Assembly (NCBI GenBank): GCA_963787125.1
Contig: CAWBBV010000002.1
Location: 86,390 to 150,389 of the forward strand
Reading direction: 5' to 3'
DNA from: an uncultured delta proteobacterium
GTDB taxonomy: Bacteria > Desulfobacterota > Desulfuromonadia > Geobacterales > DSM-12255
Length of the DNA: 64,000 bases
The notes beneath the pieces were generated by a model. It worked only from the letters and a program-made list of their open reading frames with translations. It did not search any database and was not told where the DNA came from. Below are positions 29,391 through 39,213 of the stretch, in pieces (within the stretch, counting starts at the first letter, position 1; each line of letters begins with the position of its first letter). Position numbers and translations under genes: made by a program.

Positions 29391-30665
29391 GTGCCTGTAA
29401 CTGTTTTTGATGCCATCAGAGGCAATGTAAGCTCGTTCCTCGGGGGAGCAGAGGTTGACCTAAGCCCAGCAACGACCTATTCCGCTTCGAGTGAAGCCGG
29501 CATTCGTGAAGTTGTCTCGCTTGAAAGTCATGATTATATTTTTACCGCAGAACGCTCTTCGCTTGCCTTTACCATTGCCGAAAAAGCTTTTTGTCATGAG
29601 CTCCTGACCGCTTTCGCCGGACTTTACAGCGGCTTTAATCTGGAAGGATATGCCGCACATTTCCGGACAGCTCTGCTTGCTTCCATTATGGACATCACTG
29701 TTGCCCGGTCTCTGCGCGGGGATCACAATAAAGGGTTCTGGCCGATTCAGCAACTGATTCAACTCTTGAAAGATCTCTCGTATCAGCGTTATGAAGGGAA
29801 GCCCGCCACAACCGGTTTCATAGTCCATAGAACCACGATGGCTAATCTCCGGATTGCCCTGAAAGGTCGCGGTCATGTAATCGTTCCCCTTTCGCCCCCG
29901 CAGACAGTATCGCCAACTTTTTTCAATAATCCTCTCACGTACCGACTGGTTGACGGCACAAACCAGTTTTTCCTCGTCAACATTCAAATGCAGGTCATGG
30001 GTGCTGTCGGTATAGGTGACCATATAGGACAGAATAATGTTGAGCGCTTAACGCAACGGGAACTCTTCTCCATAGTCAGCAGAAGTGGCAAAGGCGCATT
30101 CGCAATTGCGGTCAACGAAGCATCGGAGATCGAAGTATTAACCACCCCGGCAAAGATTCTGGTGCGACGAAAAGGTGGCTGGCGCATCTTCGATCCGGAT
30201 ATTTTTCGCGCTTTTTTAGGCGGCAGTCTGGACATATCAACAGCAGATGACCTGCTCTGGACAGCGTATGCCCTCTCCAAAAGCCGGCACGGAACAGTTA
30301 TTCTCATCTATGGCGACATTGCCAGGAGGCTTTCAACCTTAAAGAAAGGTTCCGTAGGTGGTGATGATCCCGTCTGTCGAACCCTCATAGACAGAGCAAA
30401 GGGGAGCAAACTGGCTGACCTCAAGAAAAGCGGCACACTCTTCAGGATTCTATCCTCCGACGGACTGACCGTTTTTAACCGCAACGGCAGGCTTCTTGAG
30501 ACCGGTTTCATCATTGACACATCCCATGTCCGGGAAATTGTCACTGGTGGCGGGCGTACAACCGCTGCCAGTGCGGCGTCATTTTTCGGCAAGGTGATCA
30601 AGGTTTCCCAGGATGGTCACATCGAATTGTATGAGGAAGGGCGGATGATCTACCGCTTTGGCTAA
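29391..30665 (+). CDS. Hypothetical protein with degenerate DAC/DisA_N-like C-terminal domain
   Basis: HGTVILI, SDGLTVF, GGGRTTAA, VIKVSQDG spaced like DAC motifs. Confidence 0.55.
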   Translation: MPVTVFDAIRGNVSSFLGGAEVDLSPATTYSASSEAGIREVVSLESHDYIFTAERSSLAFTIAEKAFCHELLTAFAGLYSGFNLEGYAAHFRTALLASIMDITVARSLRGDHNKGFWPIQQLIQLLKDLSYQRYEGKPATTGFIVHRTTMANLRIALKGRGHVIVPLSPPQTVSPTFFNNPLTYRLVDGTNQFFLVNIQMQVMGAVGIGDHIGQNNVERLTQRELFSIVSRSGKGAFAIAVNEASEIEVLTTPAKILVRRKGGWRIFDPDIFRAFLGGSLDISTADDLLWTAYALSKSRHGTVILIYGDIARRLSTLKKGSVGGDDPVCRTLIDRAKGSKLADLKKSGTLFRILSSDGLTVFNRNGRLLETGFIIDTSHVREIVTGGGRTTAASAASFFGKVIKVSQDGHIELYEEGRMIYRFG

Positions 30666-30731
30666 AACAAGCTATAATTAAACCTTGCAATCATTACGTC
30701 AGCCGTCTGATTCACCGCCAGAGGAGATCTC

Positions 30732-31274
30732 ATGGAAAATTGCGCAAGCAGCAACACGGAAAAAAGGGGCGCCCCACGGGTGCAGAAACTCTTCATGACC
30801 AGCTACCTGCCGAAGGACGACGGACCATCACGTACCCCTGTTTCGCTTGGTCGCACCGTCGATATCAGCCCGTTTGGCGTCGGGATGGAGATTTATAAGG
30901 AATTATCGGTGGGAACCGCCATGGAAATGGTTATAGACCTTGAAGCACCGCCGGTTTTAGCTTTGGGTAAAATCGTCCGGGTGGATCTCATGGATAACGG
31001 CAACTACCTGATCGGCATCAAATTCGATGCTGAGCAGGAGCTTTTGCAGGCAAGAATAGCATTGGCCGAGATATCAGCTCTCCACCAGCAACGGGATGAA
31101 CTGGAAAAAGTCCTGAGGGCACTGGTGAATACCGGCTGGCCATGGGGTGAAGATGGCGAACCCAACGAAATTTCGCGCAGTTGCAAAGATGGCTTTACCA
31201 CCGCTATGCTCACGGCCAAGGAGCTTCTCGACCGACTGCAACAAAGCACTACCACCCAGACATTCACATTATGA
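30732..31274 (+). CDS. PilZ domain protein
   Basis: EKRGAPR and DISPFG motifs. Confidence 0.8.
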   Translation: MENCASSNTEKRGAPRVQKLFMTSYLPKDDGPSRTPVSLGRTVDISPFGVGMEIYKELSVGTAMEMVIDLEAPPVLALGKIVRVDLMDNGNYLIGIKFDAEQELLQARIALAEISALHQQRDELEKVLRALVNTGWPWGEDGEPNEISRSCKDGFTTAMLTAKELLDRLQQSTTTQTFTL

Positions 31275-32494
31275 TAAATTCTCTCTCACTCGGCTACCGT
31301 CGCTACGCACTCGGACTGTTTCTAACAATCAACATGCTGAACTACATCGATCGCCAGGTTCTTTATGCGGTTTTTCCGCTCATCAAAGAATCCCTGCAGA
31401 TCTCTGATACTTCGCTGGGGCTTTTGGGTAGCGCCTTCATGGTAGTCTACATGTGTGCCGCCCCCATATTCGGCTGGCTTGGCGATAAGGGGGGCAGAGT
31501 GCGCCTCGCGGCCAGCGGTCTGGGAATATGGAGCCTGGCAACAGTACTTGCTGGCATGGCCTCCGGCTATAATCAGCTTCTTGGAGCCCGTTCACTTGTT
31601 GGAGTCGGCGAAGCGAGTTTCGGCACAGTTGCACCCGGGATGATCTCTGACTATTTTCCGCAGGAAAAAAGGGGCAGGGTCCTCTCCTGGTTCTACCTGG
31701 CTATCCCTTTAGGCAGCGCGCTCGGTTATCTGCTTGGCGGAGTCATCGGTGCCCGTTTCGGTTGGCAGACGGCGTTCCTTATGGTCGGAGCACCGGGACT
31801 TCTATTGGTACTGCCGCTGGCATTCCTCAAAACGGTTGAGTTTAAAAAAGAGGTGAGATCGGGCGGCAGCAGTTATACGACCCTGTTTAAAAATCGCTCC
31901 TTTATGCTTAACACCCTGGCGATGACGGCTATGACCTTTGCAATGGGCGGGATGGCCCAGTGGCTGCCGACATTTCTTAACCGAATTCACGGCTTGAGCG
32001 TAGAACGCGCCAACCTGCTATTCGGCGGACTGACGGTTGTTGCCGGGATTATCGGCACACTGGTCGGCGGCTGGCTCGGAGATTATTACCAAAAAAAGCG
32101 GCCCGACGGTTATCTGCTGGTTTCAGGCTGGGGTTTCATCTTCGGGATACCGGCACTGATTCTGGCGCTGACAGCCACCAATCTCACCCTCACTCTTGCC
32201 GGGATATTTCTGGCAGAGTTCTGCCTCTTTCTGAACACCGGCCCCTTGAATACCGTGATTGTCAATGTAACCCGACACGACATGCGGGCAATGGCCTTTG
32301 CCGCAAATATTTTTGTTATTCATGCCTTGGGAGATGCTATCTCTCCGGCATTCATAGGTTTTCTCTCTGACCATTTTGGACTGGGCAAAGCACTGCTTTC
32401 AACAGTCGCAGCCATACTGATTGCGGCGCTGTTCTGTTTTCTCTGTGGAAAAAATATCGCCAAAGATCTCATCATTGACGACCCTGCCAGATAA
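31271..32494 (+). CDS. Spinster-like MFS transporter
   Basis: LNYIDRQ, GWLGD..GR, GVGEASF; about 12 TM helices. Confidence 0.9.
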   Translation: MINSLSLGYRRYALGLFLTINMLNYIDRQVLYAVFPLIKESLQISDTSLGLLGSAFMVVYMCAAPIFGWLGDKGGRVRLAASGLGIWSLATVLAGMASGYNQLLGARSLVGVGEASFGTVAPGMISDYFPQEKRGRVLSWFYLAIPLGSALGYLLGGVIGARFGWQTAFLMVGAPGLLLVLPLAFLKTVEFKKEVRSGGSSYTTLFKNRSFMLNTLAMTAMTFAMGGMAQWLPTFLNRIHGLSVERANLLFGGLTVVAGIIGTLVGGWLGDYYQKKRPDGYLLVSGWGFIFGIPALILALTATNLTLTLAGIFLAEFCLFLNTGPLNTVIVNVTRHDMRAMAFAANIFVIHALGDAISPAFIGFLSDHFGLGKALLSTVAAILIAALFCFLCGKNIAKDLIIDDPAR

Positions 32495-32540
32495 ATTTCT
32501 TTACAAGACATATATAATTGCAGTATATTTCCTTTTTCCT

Positions 32541-32631
32541 GGAGAGATGTCCGAGCGGTTGAAGGAGCACGCCTGGAAAGCGTGTGTACGTTAATAGCGT
32601 ACCGAGGGTTCGAATCCCTCTCTCTCCGCCA
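32541..32631 (+). tRNA. tRNA-Ser(GGA)
   Basis: GGAGAGA/TCTCTCC acceptor stem, anticodon arm CACGC-CTGGAAA-GCGTG, long variable arm, GGTTCGAATCC, CCA end. Confidence 0.97.
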
Positions 32632-32663
32632 TTTAGCAATCTGGCGAAGTCCGATACAGTCCG

Positions 32664-32690
32664 AAAGCCTCTGATAAATCAGGGGCTTTT
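32664..32690 (+). terminator. Terminator downstream of tRNA
   Basis: AAAGCCTCTGA/TCAGGGGCTTT. Confidence 0.7.
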
Positions 32691-32740
32691 GCTGTTTTTG
32701 CGTCCAGGCACATCCAGCCCCGTCTTTTGACATCCGGTGT

Positions 32741-32796
32741 TTTTTATGGTACTTTTTTATCCATAATACCATAAAAATTTTCGGATACCATAAAAA
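32741..32796. repeat. Candidate integrase arm-type sites (left)
   Basis: TACCATAAAAA twice plus one inverted copy; related TTTTTGTGGTA twice at 54665-54687. Confidence 0.65.
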
Positions 32797-32807
32797 CGAG
32801 GTGACTT

Positions 32808-34070
32808 ATGCCGAAACGAGTAGTTCCGCTGACTGACGTGCAGGTAAAGAACGCAAAACCCAGAGACAAAGACTACAAGCTGGCTGATGGGTATGGCCTG
32901 GTGCTTCTCGTAAAGAAGACAGGCGGGAAGCTTTGGCACTTCAACTATACCTTCGACGGCAAGCAACTGCTGCTCTCCCTTGGCACCTACCCTGAAATCT
33001 CTCTCGCAGAAGCCCGCCAGCGCCGTGAGGATGCTCGAAAACTGCTTGCCCACGGAATAAGCCCGGGCGATGTCCGCAAAGCCGAAAAACAATCACAGAC
33101 CCAGCAAACGGAAACTTTCGAGGCAATTGCCCTGGAGTGGTACAACCGCCAGGTGCCGGTCTGGGCAGCAACCCACGCCGCTACGGTCATCAGCCGCCTA
33201 AAGCGCGACGTATTTCCTCATGTGGGAGCACGAGCAATTTCAGAACTCAAAGCGACCGACATGCTGCAGGTATTTCGTAAGATCGAAGCGCGTGAAAAGA
33301 TTGAAACGGCCCACCGGGTCAAATCTATCTGCGGGCAGGTTTTGCGGTATGCCGTCGCTACCGGACGGGCTGAGCGCGATTGCACTGCAGACTTGAGAGG
33401 CACGCTGACACCGGTCATCCCCAAACACCACGCAGCCCTCACCGATCCCAAAGAAGTTGGCCCTTTTTTGCGGGCCATTGATGATTACGATGGCTCGTTC
33501 ACAGTCAAGTGCGCCATGCGACTGTCTGCGCTTGTTTTTCTTCGACCCGGTGAATTACGCTTGGCAGAATGGACCGAGTTCGACCTGGACGCAGGTGAAT
33601 GGAACGTACCTATCGAGCGAATGAAGCTCAAGAAGCGTCTGAAAGAATCGCGCAAAGGTGAAAAGCATCTTGTTCCGCTGGCACAGCAGGCAGTTGAAAT
33701 TCTGAAGACGCTGAAACCGGTAACTGGTGGAGGGAAATATCTCTTTCCGAGCATGACCACCAACCTGAAGCCGATCAGCGACAATACGATCAATCAGGCC
33801 ATTCGGCGCATGGGCTATGACAAGGACGAAATGACCGCCCACGGCTTCAGAGCCATGGCCAGAACAATCCTAGAGGAAGTCTTGCACATTCAACCTGAGA
33901 TTATCGAACACCAACTGGCCCATGTCGTCAGAGATTCGCTCGGCCGCGCCTACAATCGAACGACTCATCTGGCGGCACGGAAAAAGATGATGCAGACGTG
34001 GGCTGACTATCTCGATAATTTGAAAACTGGTGCAATAGTCATACAACTATCTGACCGGGCGGCCAAATAA
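32808..34070 (+). CDS. P4-like tyrosine integrase
   Basis: Arm-binding N-terminus (LTDVQVKNAKP..DGYGL); RPGE, HGFR, LAH, YNR catalytic residues. Confidence 0.96.
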   Translation: MPKRVVPLTDVQVKNAKPRDKDYKLADGYGLVLLVKKTGGKLWHFNYTFDGKQLLLSLGTYPEISLAEARQRREDARKLLAHGISPGDVRKAEKQSQTQQTETFEAIALEWYNRQVPVWAATHAATVISRLKRDVFPHVGARAISELKATDMLQVFRKIEAREKIETAHRVKSICGQVLRYAVATGRAERDCTADLRGTLTPVIPKHHAALTDPKEVGPFLRAIDDYDGSFTVKCAMRLSALVFLRPGELRLAEWTEFDLDAGEWNVPIERMKLKKRLKESRKGEKHLVPLAQQAVEILKTLKPVTGGGKYLFPSMTTNLKPISDNTINQAIRRMGYDKDEMTAHGFRAMARTILEEVLHIQPEIIEHQLAHVVRDSLGRAYNRTTHLAARKKMMQTWADYLDNLKTGAIVIQLSDRAAK

Positions 34071-34165
34071 TGACTTCACGATGTTGATGACATATTGTCA
34101 GTATGTTGCAGCAGGTTTCTGCATGTAACATACTGATATATAAAGACAAATTATCTATTTTGTTC

Positions 34166-34193
34166 TTGACGTTGCCGTCTGAAATAGTATTAT
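34166..34193 (+). promoter_or_regulatory. Sigma70-like promoter
   Basis: TTGACG-16 nt-TATTAT. Confidence 0.6.
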
Positions 34194-34196
34194 ACC

Positions 34197-34725
34197 GTCT
34201 CACATAGGTTGATTCCGCTCGACATGGCGGGGTCAAAGGCCACCACATGAGACTTGGCGACATTTGTCGCCTACATTCAGTCCTGATTGCTCTGCCCAGC
34301 GTTCAGGACGGTGACAACTACAAAACTTTGGCCGATGCTTCGGGCATATGAGCATCAGGTCAAACTAACCGGCGAATCAACATTGCCCAGTTGAACCGGG
34401 GGAACAGAGTATCGTAACTGAATGCGGGCACCGCAAGGGCATTCAGTCACTCCTCCAAGCCACCATGCCAATGGCCGAGGATATGACGCGATAGTCACCT
34501 GTCTACATGGAGGCAGGCAAAACGCCGTCCGCCTTATAGTGACTTACCGGCGGGCACTTAGTCTCTCAGGGTACGGCCTTCGCGTTGCATTTGTTTCTGC
34601 AGGTATCTAATGGTACGTCTTGCAGTCATCGTTGCAGCGAGAAGGAGTAGTTTATCCTGATTGAGACAAAAATCTCTTCATAACGTTTTTGTGGATAGGC
34701 CATCACCTGCAAAGGTAATGGCCTT
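34197..34725 (+). ncRNA. Candidate large structured non-coding RNA (class unknown)
   Basis: Three nested long-range stems, about 10 hairpins, GNRA loops, complementary loops, upstream promoter, no credible ORF. Confidence 0.6.
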
Positions 34726-34893
34726 TATGCTGAAACGTCACCATCGGCGGCACGTATCATCCTGCCGCACACGCCTTAGACCCTAGCAATATTTCCTTAA
34801 CTGCCTCGCCCTGTCGAACACCAGTCAGGCGTCGGTCTGCCAACCGAACGTCCGGCGCAGGATCTCCAATCAATAAACACGGAGGCAGAACAT

Positions 34894-35157
34894 ATGGGAA
34901 TCATCACCCCCACCTTGCCGGAAACCGGCTTTGTCCGGCTACCCAACATCATCGGCGACGCCAAGGCCGATCCACCCATTCCCCCGATCATACCGGTATC
35001 GAAGAGCACCTGGTGGGCCGAGGTGAAATCCGGACGCTACCCTCAATCGGTAAAATTAGGCCCCCGAATTACAGCCTGGCGTGTAGAAAGTATCCGGGAA
35101 CTCATCCGAGAAAGCCCGATGTTCCGAAACGGCCAGACAATGGTCAACATTGAATGA
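34894..35157 (+). CDS. AlpA-family excisionase/regulator
   Basis: LPETGFVRL...PVSKSTWW..VKSGRYPQSVKLGPRITAWR. Confidence 0.9.
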   Translation: MGIITPTLPETGFVRLPNIIGDAKADPPIPPIIPVSKSTWWAEVKSGRYPQSVKLGPRITAWRVESIRELIRESPMFRNGQTMVNIE

Positions 35158-35169
35158 CAAGGAGCACCG

Positions 35170-36147
35170 ATGGACTGGATAAAAGTCATGTGCAACATCC
35201 TTGATCACCGCAAAATCAAAATGATCCGTAAGGGACCGGAAGGGAACACCCTCGTCTTACTCTGGCTGCTCATGCTGGCTGAAGCGGGTAAATGCAACCG
35301 GGGCGGCTACCTCATGGTATCCGACAGCCTGCCGTACACGGCAGAAACCCTCAGCATGGTCACTGACATCCCCCTTCCCACAGTCCAGCTTGGACTGGCA
35401 ACCCTGGCCGCACTCGACATGATCGATCGGCAGGACGGCGCCATCTTCATCAAGAACTGGGGCAAGTACCAGAGTGAAGACAAGCTGGAAGCAAAACGGG
35501 AACAGGATCGAAAGCGGCAACAAAGGCATCGGCAGAATGAGCGGGAGAAAATACTCGCACTGCCGGCACCGTCTCAGCTGTCACGTGACAGTCACGCTAC
35601 CATGTCACGTGACGTCACGCAGCAGAACAGAGAAGACAAGAAGAGAGAAGAAAAGACAATAACAGAAAAGATCCGGTTGTTGTTGTCCGGAACTCCTCTG
35701 GCAAAGATCAAAGACAAGGAACTGGATGTACTGGTGAATCGGCATGGTCATGAGCGGTTGCAATTGGCAGTCGATATAGCCGCCGAAACCTGGCGGCGGT
35801 GCCGGGAGGACAAGCAGAACCCCGGCGGCTACCTCCATTCACTATGTGCAGCCCTGGTTGTGCCCGACTGGTATCTGCCCCATGCAGAGCGAATAGCGCT
35901 GGCTGAGTCCTCACAACGGCACAAGTCAGGGTTTGAAGCAGAACAAGCCGAGCTGAAGGCCCGGGAGGAAGTGCAGGTCGCGGCAATGAATACATTATGG
36001 GAATCATTGTCGGAGGAAAAACGGGAGGAATACTGCTCAGCAGCACGAGAAGGTCTGCCGACAGGCATAGCGCCATCCATCGCAATAACAGCAATGGCCA
36101 AGTTGCGTGCATGGGAGACAGAGACATTGAACGTCTTAGTTGCATAA
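35170..36147 (+). CDS. Phage replisome-organiser-type replication initiator
   Basis: WIKV...DHRKIKMI...WLLMLAEAGK.N..G...NWGKYQ. Confidence 0.8.
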   Translation: MDWIKVMCNILDHRKIKMIRKGPEGNTLVLLWLLMLAEAGKCNRGGYLMVSDSLPYTAETLSMVTDIPLPTVQLGLATLAALDMIDRQDGAIFIKNWGKYQSEDKLEAKREQDRKRQQRHRQNEREKILALPAPSQLSRDSHATMSRDVTQQNREDKKREEKTITEKIRLLLSGTPLAKIKDKELDVLVNRHGHERLQLAVDIAAETWRRCREDKQNPGGYLHSLCAALVVPDWYLPHAERIALAESSQRHKSGFEAEQAELKAREEVQVAAMNTLWESLSEEKREEYCSAAREGLPTGIAPSIAITAMAKLRAWETETLNVLVA

Positions 36148-36228
36148 AAATGGCAGGACCGAACAGGGTATAGCCAATAACCGTCAATATTAAAATAAAT
36201 CGGGGCAATAACTGGAAGAAGGGATCAG

Positions 36229-37430
36229 ATGCTAAGTGAATTTTGTGTAATAATGAGTTTCATCGCAATAGTCGTCTTCATTTATGTAGTTTTCTTTTGG
36301 CAGGAAGAGCGCATTGAGCCAGTTAACCGTAAAGAGGATGAAAGAGAAGTCTTGTCATTGGCCCAGATCAGCAGTAATTGGCAAGATAGTGTAGAAACAG
36401 TTCCCACGAAACCAGAGCCAGTGATAGCCGATTGGCGGATCCCACCGGTATTTGATAACCAGGAGATCGTGGATTTCTATAGCCGGACTATCGACAACAA
36501 CTATTCGATCAAACGTCCGGAGTGGGCGGTTATCTGTCGAATACTGGAACTTCTTGACAAGTTCGGAGGTTGTCCATCGGTCGTTTGCGATTTTTGACCG
36601 GAATTCAGGAGTTCAAAGGCCTGCGGAATGGTACTGAGATACTCAGGGCCGTAAAGAACCATCACTTTCATGTTCAGAAGCACACGCTTGACGCGAGACT
36701 TAAGGAAGCCGACCAGGAAGTACGCCAAATGGAACTGGCTCGACAATTCTCCGCCGCTGTAGCTGCTGATCGCGTCGCCAAACAGGAGGAATTGTTGACA
36801 AAGCATGACCTGTCCGAAGCTCCGGTTACAGCAAATCGTGACCCGAATCTTTCGCACTTCGGGGCATACTGCTACAGCAAGCCGCTGCTTGTGGACATCT
36901 CTGGGTGGTTTAAATCTGAGAAAATAATCGACGTCATAAATGAAAACGTCAACCAGGTTATCGGTGGGTGGTGGAATGCCGTGTCAACGCCGGACGGTTA
37001 TGTGTTTTGCAGCGCCATGGGTCTATACAAACTGCTCCACCGGGCATTCCCCCGGCAACCGGCCCTGCTTGCGGTCCATGCCAATGTCATAGCACGACAA
37101 GACATTCTGTTTTCTGTGGTCATGACCTTGGCACGCGAACACAACGCTATTGCCACCGAACTGCTGGGGAATAGGGAATTCTTGTGCCCGATGAGCATTA
37201 CCTCCAGTAATGGCAAAGCTAAACGTGAATCTTATATGCTTGTTCCTCTCAAGGCGAAGGCTCTGGGACTTTCCTGCGCACAACTCGAAGCGGAAAAATC
37301 GCAGACAATACTGCGAATGGTAAAGGCCATTGTCCCGTTGCAACAGGAACCTAGGGAGAAGAAATCGGAACAATCGCATGTCGAAAACAGACTAGAACAG
37401 GCTCCGAATGTCCTGTCCGAACAGTGGTAG
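36229..37430 (+). pseudogene. Split HD-domain (MobH/TraI_2-like) protein
   Basis: N-terminal TM plus LLDKFGGCPSVV in one frame, AVKNHH...LKEADQEVR in an overlapping frame; HD core absent. Confidence 0.45.
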
Positions 37431-37494
37431 AATTTCTCTATATTACTTTTACAAAGTAAAAGTGATCTATTACTGAAAATTGCAGGAGAACACC

Positions 37495-38124
37495 ATGCCG
37501 TCGAAAGCCGCAGTCATCGCCTACCGCTACCATGTCCTTTCAGGACATCCGGCCTTGTTCGAGCAAGTCGAGAGCCGACTCTGTACATCACACCAGAAGG
37601 GATTCTCCGTCGTGGAAATCACCCGGATCATCGGTTCGCGCAAGGCCGATTACCCCCACGCCGTTCTGGTGAAACGGGGAGTGATTATGCCGGGGAAACG
37701 GGGTCGGCCGGCCAAAGGTTCCGTACCCGCAAGCATCAACCTGTACCTGCGCAAACGCTCCCTCTCCTTTGCTAAATGGTGTGCCGGTTGGGGGTTCGAC
37801 CTCGTCGAGGCCGCCGGCGCCATCACGACGGTCAGCGACGGTGAGGTGCTGGAGGCAGTGCGTCGTGACTTTCCAGGGTGCTACCGCAAGATCAAGGGGC
37901 TTGAAAAGCACGCGTCTTACGTCCGACCGCCGGACTGCCCGTCTCCACAGCTTGAGGCTAACATCGCCTGGGATGAGCGGGAATTCTGCTATCGTGCTGA
38001 GAAGATGGAGGATCGCCAGGTACGCGGGTACGGTTTCAGCATGGAAGCAGCCTTGAAAAATCTCAAGGTGAGCCACAATTATCGGTTGATGCTGATACGA
38101 CTGGCTGCGGGATGCGAGGTATGA
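37495..38124 (+). CDS. Hypothetical protein, possible HicB-like C-terminus
   Basis: Open frame with GGAG RBS; YRAE...GYGFSMEAALKNL. Confidence 0.55.
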   Translation: MPSKAAVIAYRYHVLSGHPALFEQVESRLCTSHQKGFSVVEITRIIGSRKADYPHAVLVKRGVIMPGKRGRPAKGSVPASINLYLRKRSLSFAKWCAGWGFDLVEAAGAITTVSDGEVLEAVRRDFPGCYRKIKGLEKHASYVRPPDCPSPQLEANIAWDEREFCYRAEKMEDRQVRGYGFSMEAALKNLKVSHNYRLMLIRLAAGCEV

Positions 38125-38325
38125 GATTTTGACAGCCATGCTAGAAATCAAAAAGATTCTAAGCACAGCTCCATTTTAGGTTACTATTATGGTGCCGTAA
38201 TCGGATTGTTTCCGGCAAGTCCCAATAACTCGTCCAATTAATCATCCATTTCAGGGCTGTTTATGGCATCTACCTCGTATAGCAGGCTTGAGTATGGGGG
38301 CACTGCAACATTTTATGGAGAGAAT

Positions 38326-39117
38326 ATGTTAGTCCGCCCATTTTCCGATCTTCATGCCGAATTCTGGCCGGCCAACAAGATTGATCGTATCCTCGGCATG
38401 GTGATCCCGCCTCTTCCGACTGACATGGAAACCGTTGCCCTGGTTGCCGGCGACATCGGCCTTGCTCACCGTCAGGAAACCTGGCTCAAGATCATCAGCC
38501 TTCTTGCCAAGCGGTTCATGGCAGTCATCTATGTGGAGGGGAATCACTTTTTCTATCACAACGACTTCTTTGGACGTATCCCGGAGCTGAAAGCCAAGCT
38601 GTCGTTTCCCAAGAACGTTCACTTTCTTGAAAATGAATCGGTTGAGATCAACAGTGTCCTGTTTGTCGGGGCAACCCTCTGGACGGATTTCCTGGACAAG
38701 GATTTCTTCAAGATGCAGTATGCCCGGAAGAACATGAACGACTTTGTCGTAATCAGAAAGGCTGACGGGATGCGGCTCATGCCGGAGGAGACGGTTGATC
38801 TGTTTCAGGAATCGAAACGCTATATCTTTGAGGCACTGGCAACAGCCGGCGAAAAGAAGACTGTCGTGGTAACACACCATGGCGTATCACCCCTGTCTAT
38901 TCATGAGCGGTTCCGGGGAGACAGCCTCAACTGTGCCTTCATGACCGACATTTCCAATGAGATCATCGATCATGGCCCGGATCTCTGGATTCATGGCCAT
39001 ACCCACAACTCGTTCGACTACGCTCTCGGCAAAACTCGGGTGGTCGTGAATCCTTACGGTTACAAGGATGTGGAGGTCAATCCGCAGTACGACCACAAAC
39101 TCGTCATTGAATTCTGA
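38326..39117 (+). CDS. Calcineurin-like metallophosphoesterase
   Basis: SDLH, AGDI, GNH, THH, HGHTH. Confidence 0.92.
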   Translation: MLVRPFSDLHAEFWPANKIDRILGMVIPPLPTDMETVALVAGDIGLAHRQETWLKIISLLAKRFMAVIYVEGNHFFYHNDFFGRIPELKAKLSFPKNVHFLENESVEINSVLFVGATLWTDFLDKDFFKMQYARKNMNDFVVIRKADGMRLMPEETVDLFQESKRYIFEALATAGEKKTVVVTHHGVSPLSIHERFRGDSLNCAFMTDISNEIIDHGPDLWIHGHTHNSFDYALGKTRVVVNPYGYKDVEVNPQYDHKLVIEF

Positions 39118-39213
39118 CGCAAAGGACCCGTCCTGCAGAAAACCGGGTTCTGTTGCCAAAAAGTCACCATGCAATTGCATTCACGACAGTTCGCGACAAT
39201 TAACGACATGTTG

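Noticed and set aside
34197..34725. tmRNA, RNase P RNA or group II intron identity; also the 62-aa ORF at 34422-34610
   Set aside because: No tRNA-like ends, GAGGAAAGTCC or domain V signature; the ORF has no recognisable features
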